A DNA stretch of 64,000 nt. Origin: the human T2T-CHM13v2.0 reference genome, Homo sapiens. Every line of letters starts with the position of its first letter. Within the stretch, counting starts at the first letter, position 1. Of the stretch, positions 52,765-64,000 are shown piece by piece. The notes under the pieces were generated by a model that worked only from the letters and a program-made list of their open reading frames with translations, made no database searches and was not told the DNA's origin. Position numbers and translations under genes: made by a program. The DNA lies in assembly GCF_009914755.1 (NCBI RefSeq), contig NC_060932.1. One strand, 5' to 3'.

Positions 52765-53830
52765 ATAAATTCAATTCAATATATCTTTACCAGAATCTTC
52801 TCTATAGGTACATCAGGAATCGAGACACATGAGATCCTTAGTGTCAAAACACTTCTATTCTCATTAGGGATAAAGATAGTTAAAGATTAAACAAACACAA
52901 AATATTATTTCTGATTGTGACGTGTACCAGGAAAGAAACAAATAAGGTTATGGGAGTAAACAGTACATGTTACCAGATGAGGAAATCAAGAAAGGCACTT
53001 TGGGGAGTAATAGCTTGGTGTTATTAAAGGAAAGTGGAATGAATTATGAAAATGTCTTGGAGAAGCATGGTCTAGGCAAACGAAGAACAAATGCGAAGTT
53101 AAGAGCCAGTAATAAGCTTGGAATGTTTGACAAACAATAAGGTGACTAAATTGTCAAACCACTGTGACCAAGAGAGATAATGGTAAAAAATGAGATCAGA
53201 GAGTTAGGTAAGGACCTGATTACATAGAGCATCAAGGACAATATTAGGGAATTTGGAGTTTGTTCAATTTGTGATACGAAACCATTGCACCAGTGCTTGT
53301 GTTTTGATCAGGGGAAGAGCATGATTTGCTTTATGTTTTAAATAGATCATTCTAACTTCTGTGCGGAAAATAGATTATGGGCAGAGTGAGAAATAAGGAA
53401 ATCAAATAGTAAATTCATTGCAGTATCCTAGACAAAATATCATGGGTTGGATTAGGAGGGTAACGGGCAGGGATGGTGAGAAGCAGCTCCAAGATAAAAT
53501 GTGGAAATTAGTGCTGGTAGGATTTTCTTATTAATTGCAAGTGGGATATGCAATAGAATGAGAAGAATCAAGTGTGATTCTGGGTGTTTGGCCTGGTAAA
53601 ATAAATGAGAAGAAGCTTGTGTTAAAATAAATAAGAAAATATTTATCTCCAAAGTAAAACCTTGTCATTGAAGTAAGTTTGGTCACCATTAGCTTATAGT
53701 CAAGTTGTTTGGGATATGTATGGAGTCAGTGCACATTTTTGAGCACCTAAAGTGACAGCTCAAGTACTATGTGAGGCACTTGACAGACAGCGATAAGGAA
53801 TAACTTATTTCCATTCATACATAATTCATA
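52765..53830 (-). mobile_element. L2 fragments
   Basis: 'gtcttggagaagcatggtctaggcaaacgaagaacaaatgcgaag', 'aatagatcattctaacttctgtgcggaaaatagatt', 'aagaatcaagtgtgattctgggtgtttggcctgg'. Confidence 0.75.
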
Positions 53831-56535
53831 AGTTATTTTAAGAGTATCATATATTTCAGAAGATTGAGATCCCTAGCTCTGGTTTACATTTTAAAAAAAG
53901 CAGAAACAAAATCAATGTAACTTCAATCTTCTAACTAACTTAAAATGTTTTAGCTGACCACATATTTTCTGGACTTCTCTCCCAATAGCAACAGCACAGA
54001 CAGTTATTTGGCTTTGAATAGAAATCCAACCTAAACATATTTTTGAACTTTTCTCTTTATGTTTTATTGACATAAATTATGGATTTGTGTACACCAATGC
54101 CTAATTCCTAACCTGGTATGAAGAAATGGGAAATAATGACAACAGAAAGTTGTCTATACTGTGTTCTATCTCTATCACTCAGCATTAGATGGAAGGGAGA
54201 TGACCCTAAACATAATACTCTATGTAGAATGGAGAAGCAGCTTATACCAGAAAACAACAGTAATCGGACAAGATGTACATCCAATAGCAAAACAGATCTG
54301 TGTCACTGAAAAAATATTCCACCAAGTGGGTTTCAGTCTTCCTTTACTAAAAGAAAAGGGCCAGACTTCTAGAAATGCAAATTCAACCCTGATGATGCAA
54401 ACAAGTGACCCTTTGGTTAAATATAGCCTAGAGACATGTTCTCTTTACCCACCAAGTGTTTTTTCTTTTTAATGATTTCTTAATTGGTTGCCAACACTTG
54501 AGAATTTAAAAATTTTAAATTCTTCTTTTGCAAATCAAAAAAATCTGGCAACATGGGAAATTGAACTATATTCTTGTAAGGCAGCTGGCTGGAGCTGAAT
54601 ACATGCCATGACTATAAACTTAGCAGTTTGCCACATTCCCGGATACTCACTGTTTAAATGTCCCAAATGACTTCATGTTGTCCTTAGAATAAAATCCAGA
54701 CTAACTCAAGGTTCTGTCTGATTTTTAGAGCTAGGAATATTCTATCAATAAATGTAATTTACGTGACTGTAGTATTCATTTTTAGTAAATGATACTTTGT
54801 GAACCTAACCTAGAATGGTTACTGTGTAATTTACCGTTGATATAAAAAATTAGAGACTTTTATATAATGCCTATGTATTGTAACTTTTTGTTATATTTTA
54901 AACAAATTTAGAAATCTGCTTTTATTGGTACTGTAAGGGGAATTTTCATCTTATTTTAAATTATATAATCTAGGCTATATCAATACTGTTATTAGAAATA
55001 ATTTTTGAGTTATCTAACAAGCTGTTTATTTTTAATAAAGGGAAATTCTTCATGCGGGAGACTGTAAATTCTTGGAATCAAAATTATCTAACTCTTCAAA
55101 GAAAGTTATAATCTAATCTTTAATACTGTTGTTGATTTTAACATAGTTTCAAATTAGAGCATAGCATTTCAAGTATTGGCTGAAATTTCAACCATGTGAC
55201 TTCCACTAAAGACAATTAATGAAACAGATACTTCCCAAAATAATTCCTTGGAAATTTTCTAGACTTGTACGGGTGCCAGAAAGTGCCAGAAGTTGAGGAT
55301 CTGGTAATATCTTGCTTTTCTTCATCTTTTTGTCAAAGTAGGAGCCCTAGTAAAGGAGGCATTTTTTTCCCAAGGGTGAGAGGTCATCATTTGGAGGAAG
55401 TAATGAAAGTGTATAATAATTACAGCCTCGTGATTAGTTGCTTTTCCATCTGTCTGCCTCTTCCATATATGTATACAAATCTAAAGAAACAAAGTTCTCT
55501 TGAGTAGTTAAAGCGAAAAAAAAAAAAAAAATCAACATCCCAAGTGGCAGAGCCCCAGTCATTTATTAGATTTCAGTTAATGCCCTCTATGTATAAAGAT
55601 TTAGACTTATGCATTTAGAATTTGTACATTTCTCTTAGTTTGTTTACAAGGAATTATTTTGGGAAATATCTATTCATTTATTGTCTTTAGTGGAAGTCAC
55701 ATGGTTGAAATTTCAGCCAATACCTGAAATGCTATGCTCTAATTTGAAACTATTTAAAAATCAACAATAATATTAAAGAATAGATTATAATTATACTTGG
55801 GGAGTTAGATAACTTCCATTTCAATAATTTACTGTCTGCCATATGAAAAAATTCTTTTTATTTAAAATAAATATTTAATAGCTTCTTAGATAAATGTTTA
55901 CATTTTGTTTACTACCCCACTATAGTAGCAACAATAGGCATTATAGATTTTTGTAATGCTATTTTGATATATAGTCACTCAATGATAACTTTTATTTATC
56001 TTCAAAGTGAAAACAAATAACTCCCAGTTATCATACAGGATTATTGTGATGGTCAAATGAAAAGATGCAGGCAAAAGCATTTTTTAAACTACCCAGTTAG
56101 GAAAACATTATTACTCTATGTCTTTATCAAGTATTGATTTTCAAAAATGCTTTAGAATAATAATTAAGCAGCCAGTATAAACACTGTTTGCCCAATGATT
56201 ATTTAATTTTCAAAAAAAATCTAGTTGAATTATTCTTTAAAATGCAATCATCTGAAAGGCAGGAGAAAAATGTACTTTGAACACTATGTTCCAAAGCACA
56301 GCACTTCTAATGATAATGCTTTTCCCATAATAAATGTCCTTGGCTGCTGTATATTTACAACCAATGGCAGAACGCCTGAAATTCTTCTCCATATGATATA
56401 CAGTTGATGCAAATATCTTTCTCTTACTTATTCCTCATTTTTATGCATTCCAATGAGATACAGTTATATAATTTTCCATATCAAGGGTGAATTAAAGACT
56501 TGGACCCTTACACAACTTTTCCTTGTAATCTGGAA

Positions 56536-56730
56536 TGTGTGCATGCATATATATACACACACATATTTCTGGTATATATTTGAGACATATATTCTGTAAT
56601 AGTATATGCAGACACATAATTTTTCTAGACCTTTGTAGTATTTCTCTAGACTCTGTGTGGTATTTCATATCTATGTCATAAATTATATATATATATATGG
56701 GTGTATATATAGATATAATATGGTATACAT
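56536..56730. repeat. Degenerate TA/CA low-complexity region
   Basis: Seen directly. Confidence 0.6.
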
Positions 56731-57025
56731 AAAAATTATTTTGTGACTTCTGATGATATATGCAAAAGATCTAGAGAAATTATCAAGCAGGCTTCATGTG
56801 AGGCCAAGTCTTTTACAGGTGATATTGCAATTGCACCAGTAATTCCAGTTGAAGTTGCATTTTTCATCAAAACTCCCCAACATAAATGGAGCCTCATGCA
56901 GTGGTAAAGCAAAGATGTGGATTCGAAAGATGTAGAATCCTTTAACAGCTCTGTCATTAACATGCATTGTGGATGGCAGTAAATCACTTTAAACCTTTGG
57001 TCCTCTCCATATTTCCCATGATAAG

Positions 57026-57419
57026 TGTATTAGTCTGTTTTCATACTGCTATAAAGAGCTTCCTGAGACTGGGTAATTTATACAGGAAAGAGGTTTAATT
57101 GACTTACAGTTCAGCATGACTGGGGAGGCCTCAGGAAACTTACAATCATGGCGGAAGATGAAGGGGAAGCAAGGTACCTTCTTCACAGCTTCTTCACGAA
57201 GCGACGGGTAGAAGTGCTCAGTGAAGGCGGAAGAGCCCCTTATAAACTATCAGACCTCTTGGCAACTCATTCTCCATCATCAAAACAGCATGGTGGATAC
57301 CACCCCCATGATTCAATTGCCTCCTCCTGGTCTCTCCCTTGACACATGGGCATTATGGGGATTATGAGGATTACAATTCAAGATAAGATTTTGGGTGGAT
57401 ATACAGCCAAACCATATCA
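57026..57419 (-). mobile_element. THE1 (THE1C/D-like) solo LTR, inserted in a MIR (~56890-57470)
   Basis: 'tgtattagtctgttttcatactgctataaag...cagccaaaccatatca'; exact 5-bp TSD ATAAG at 57021-57025 and 57420-57424. Confidence 0.95.
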
Positions 57420-57619
57420 ATAAGAATGAAAGGTTTGGACCTGAAGATGATCTCTAAACTTTTACATTTTATAATATTGATCAGATGATCTTGAAGTCCC
57501 TCTAGTTCTCGGTTGAAGTATTTGTAATCTTTTTAAGTCCCAAGATACTCAGCAATGGTTTACCTGTTGTAAAATTTGTCTTTCAATTAGTATGTAGCTT
57601 TAGGACATCTTGAAGTCTA

Positions 57620-57790
57620 CAGGCTTTTTCTGTAATCCATGGATGGACTATAAGGTGTCTGTAAATTCCCTGACATTACATTTCAAATATTGTACAGATG
57701 TGCTTTATTTTCTTCTTGAGGGGAGGATTTAGAGATTTTGTCAGATTTTCACTAGTGTGACTGTAGGCAAAAAAATTTAAGTTCTATGTC
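57620..57790. mobile_element. MER103C-like hAT-Charlie MITE
   Basis: 'tccatggatggactataaggtgtctgtaaattccctgacattac...gattttgtcagattttc'. Confidence 0.5.
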
Positions 57791-57856
57791 TCTAAACTGC
57801 CCCATTGTAGGAGTTTAATGTTAGTGGCACTGTCTATACATGACATCATGAGCATA

Positions 57857-59112
57857 TTCTGGTTGGTGCAAAAGTAATTGCAGTTTTAGACCATGAGTTT
57901 TAAATCACTAAATCAAACACATCTTTATTAATAAAAATAGGAACCATTACAATCCTCACATATTTGCCAACAAGATATAAGTTTGTTTATTCCTGTAGCG
58001 TAAAAATATATGCTTTGTGATTTGATGAACTCTTGGAAAGCATTTTCTCCATCCTGCTGGTTGTGGAAGTGTTTTCCCTGCAAAAAGTTGTCAAAGTGTT
58101 TGAAGAAGTGGTAGTCAGTTGGTGAGAGGTCAGGTGAATATGGTGGATGAGGCAAAATTTCATAGCCCAATTCATTCAACTTTTGAAGTGTTGGTTGTGT
58201 GACGTGCGGTCGGGCATTGTTGTGGAGAATAATTGGGCCCTTTCTGTTGACCAATGCTGGCTGTAGGCGTTGCACTTTTTGGTGCAGCTCATTGATTTGC
58301 TAAGCATACTTCTCAGATGTAATGGTTTCACCAGATTTCAGAAAGCTATAGTGGATCAGACCAGCAGCAGACCACCAAACAGTGACCATGACCTTTCTTT
58401 TGGTGCAAGTTTGGCTTTGGGAAGTGCTTTGGAGGTTCTTCTCAGTCCAGCCACTGAGTTGGCCATCACCGGTTGTCATATAAAATCCACTTTTTGTTGC
58501 ATGTCACAATCCAATCGAGAAATGATTGCATAAAATAAGAGAAGACGACACTTCAGAACCAAATTTTTTTATTATTTTTGCTCAGCTCATAAGGCACCAG
58601 CTTATCGAGCTTTCGTACCTTTCCAATTTGCTTCAAATGTCAAATGACTGTAGAATGGTCACTGTTGAGTTCTTCAGCAACTTCTTGTGTAGTTGTAAGG
58701 GGATCAGATGCGATGATTGCTCTCAACTGGTCATTGCCAACTTCCAAATACGCTCATCTTTAAGGCTCTCATCTCCTTTGCAAAACTTCTTAAACCACCA
58801 CTGCACTGTATGTTAGTAGCTCCTGGGTCAAATATTTTGTTGATGTTACAAGTTGTCTCTGCTGCTTTACAACCCATTTTGAACTTGAATAAGAAAATCA
58901 CTCAAATTTGCTTTTTGTCTAACATAATTTCCATAGTCTAAAATAAATATAAAATAAACAGCAAGTAATAAGTCATTAGCAGAAAAACATCAAGCGGGAA
59001 ATGCCCATTAAAATGATGTATAACATAAGCACATTTATTTAAGAATGTATTCCAATATCAAACAGCAAATTCCAACAATGCAAAAGCCACAATTACTTTT
59101 GTACCAACCTAA
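57857..59112 (-). mobile_element. Hsmar1 mariner DNA transposon, near full length with both TIRs
   Basis: TIRs 'ggttggtgcaaaagtaattgcag' and 'cacaattacttttgtaccaacctaa', with TA on both flanks. Confidence 0.97.
57928..58934 (-). pseudogene. Hsmar1 transposase pseudogene
   Basis: ATG at 58934 (MEIMLDKKQI); motifs LVPYEL (=WVPHEL), TCNKKW (=TCDEKW), LHNNARPH (=LHDNARPH), HPPYSPDLSPTDYHFF; internal deletions; only the last 115 codons appear as an open ORF in the track. Confidence 0.95.
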
Positions 59113-59214
59113 TATATACATATTTTTAAATAAAGCCTATTCGGCACTGTCCTTGGTTTCAGACCATAAGACTGTTAAAATGAACTCATATCAGATTAAG
59201 GCTCTTTTTTACCA

Positions 59215-59720
59215 TAATTGTTCAAAGCAACACATTTATTATGTCAACCAGTGGTTACTGAGCATCTTATATGTGCTTAACATTCTTCTAGACTATAAGG
59301 AGTCAGTTTGAAGAATAGAAAGTTCAGTAAGACAGCTGGCAAATAGTGAATGAGGGCAATACTGGTATAACATGAGGTCAGAGACAAAGGCACTAATGTA
59401 AATATGTGGGAGATGGCAAGAAAGTTGAATTTTCTTCAATTGGTAGCCGAAAGCCACTGGAGGATTTTTGGAAAGGAGTTTATTAGATCTGATTTATATT
59501 TTTAGATCACTCTGTCTACTATGAAGAATATATTTTGTATGAATAAGTACATCAATAGATAAAATATTTAGGGAGCAAACATAATAGTTCAGAAGTTACA
59601 TATTGCAGCTTGGTTTAGGTGGCTAGAAGAAGAGATAGAAGAATAATCTATGTATGTATCAGAGCTATTTTTGAAGTAGAATAAACAGAAATTGTTGTTT
59701 GCTTAGAGACTTGAGCCTAA
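59215..59720 (-). mobile_element. L2 fragments
   Basis: 'gaaagccactggaggatttttggaaaggagt...ttttagatcactctgtctact'. Confidence 0.65.
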
Positions 59721-59919
59721 CTGTAATAACAATACTTTTATTAGCAACACTTTTGCTTGATTTGTGTAAAAATCTGTGAAGATCACAGATTTTATCTTTA
59801 AAATTAGAAACTTTTTCAGCAAATTCTGCATAAGGCAGCATAAACTAAAATTAGGTTTATGTTTCCCCAATAATTACATAAAAGAACTTGTTTTATGGTT
59901 TTATTAATACCTGGGAGTC

Positions 59920-61287
59920 TCTAAAATTATTTCATCCACAAAAATGCCCTATTTCATCATAATACTAGGATGTTACTTGCTTTCTTCACTATATTGACAT
60001 TTGCATTAAGGGTACAAAACAATGCTGGGTAAAAGTGCTGGTGCTTTCACTCCAGTCAAGATAGTGATGTTCAAATCATCATATTCTTCATCTTTAAACA
60101 TTCATCGGAAAAGTATATATAACATATATATATAAAATATATATACGTGTGTGTGTGTGTTTGTGTATGTGTATATGCATATGCGCCTGTTTCACCTAAG
60201 AATTCCTTTGATGACAAAGCAAATTAATAATTTTATTAAATTTCTACCCTCCTGTGCATGTATTTTTTTCACATTCTCTATGACAAAATGGAGAGTATGA
60301 AAAAAAACTCCAGCTGCATATTTAAGTTTTATGGTTATCTTGATTTAAAAAAAATGAAATTGTTTGAATTACCAACTTAACTGGCTAACCACTTTTACTT
60401 AAAGAGTGAATAACAGACAAACTATGGATATATAGACTTGCGTTTGGGGCAGCAATAAGTAAAGTAAGATTTTTACTTCAGGGAAAACAATAGACATTCT
60501 TTGATGTCAATAATAAAATTACAGCTTTCAAGCTAAAATAGAAATTTGGAAAATGTATATCTACCACCGACAGCTTCCTGAAGACTTTTGGTTGAGATCA
60601 TTGGTGAAATTAACAAATGTGATTAAAAAAAAATGTGTGACAAAATATATCAACATTTGGAAGATCAACATTACTAAGTGGATAAAAGTTTTCAAAATTA
60701 TTAATAGATGGTATTGCAAAACAATGCATGGATAGAAGATCTTTTCAAAATTCAATAACTAGCATAGGTTTTAATGTAACAGAGTACAAAAGTTTACTGA
60801 TATGAACTCAAATTCTACATTGCAATGAACTATTAAGAAACTACTAATTGAATTTTGATACAGTAAGCAAGAACAGCCACAGTTTTCTCTAAAGTCCATA
60901 AAAATATTATTCAACTCAAACAACATATCAAAAAAGATTGAATGCACAGGCAGATATGAAAAGCCAGATTATCCTACCTATTTTATATCTGCTAAACTAG
61001 ATATTAAAGAAATGTGAAAAATGAAAACAATGACTGTTATCATCAAGTTGTTTTGCTTTGGAAAATATGGTGATTTTTCATGATATTAGGTATCAATTTA
61101 AGATAACATGTAGTGAGTCTATTATTTTTATTTTAAAATACTAATCAATTTATTTTTAAAAACTCAATTTTGATTTCTAGTATGGTACATATATCTAACT
61201 ATAACCCACATAAATAGAGACTTCGAGGGTAGTAAATAATTTTTAAGAGTGCAATGGGGTGTTGACACCTAAAAGTTTGTGGCCTGT
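59920..61287 (+). mobile_element. Charlie1-family hAT transposon fragment with transposase remnants; (TA)n(TG)n at ~60115-60180
   Basis: 'gctgggtaaaagtgctggtgct', 'cagctttcaagctaaaatagaaatttggaaaa', terminal 'ataacccacataaa...aataatttttaagagtg...aaaagtttg'. Confidence 0.8.
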
Positions 61288-61525
61288 TACATTAATAAGT
61301 ATATACTAAATACCTTCTATTCATTGGGTTTCATATGAAGGAATATGAAGATAGATACAATATGACATATAGCTCCAAAGACCATCTAGTCCAGTGGGGT
61401 GAAGAGATGTAACCATAGCAATTCAGTAAAATGCACTAAAATAAACTTCCCAATCTGGTTTAACCCAACAAATTATTTATTGAACATATACTATGTATCA
61501 GATGTCTTTATATAAAGTACTAAAA

Positions 61526-61588
61526 CAACGCCTGCTTTTTTTTGCTCTCCATTTGCTTGGTAGATCTTCCTCCATCCCTTTATTTTGA

Positions 61589-61590
<2 letters not shown>
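61526..61590 (-). mobile_element. Short inverted 5' segment of the downstream L1PA
   Basis: Reverse complement 'gctcaaaataaagggatggaggaagatctaccaagcaaatggagagcaaaaaaaagcaggcgttg' is L1 ORF2 endonuclease sequence. Confidence 0.9.

Positions 61591-64000
<2,410 letters not shown>

Noticed and set aside
57928-58275. SETMAR-like 115-aa ORF as a host gene
   Set aside because: It lies within a TIR-flanked Hsmar1 copy with deletions and mutated catalytic residues; no SET-domain exons are visible

Overview
This is AT-rich, repeat-dense primate genomic DNA. Alu, L1PA, THE1, MER11 and Hsmar1 are present, and MER11 suggests an Old World monkey, ape or human source. It looks intergenic or deep intronic. 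I recognise no host protein-coding exon, tRNA, rRNA or CRISPR array. The supplied ORFs are short, and those I can assign come from transposable elements: ERVL pol, L1 ORF2, Alu and Hsmar1 transposase. The main landmarks are a decayed ERVL provirus (about 1.5-4.8 kb), a MER11 solo LTR with a 6-bp TSD (17017-18101), a MADE1 hairpin of the miR-548 source type (44687-44766), a near full-length dead Hsmar1 mariner (57857-59112), a THE1 solo LTR with a 5-bp TSD, a Charlie1 fragment and two 5'-inverted (twin-primed) L1PA insertions. Repeat family names come from recalled consensus sequences, not from a search, so subfamily labels and the boundaries of old elements are approximate. I found no convincing new biological system. 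The best leads are small structural oddities and candidate regulatory or RNA elements.
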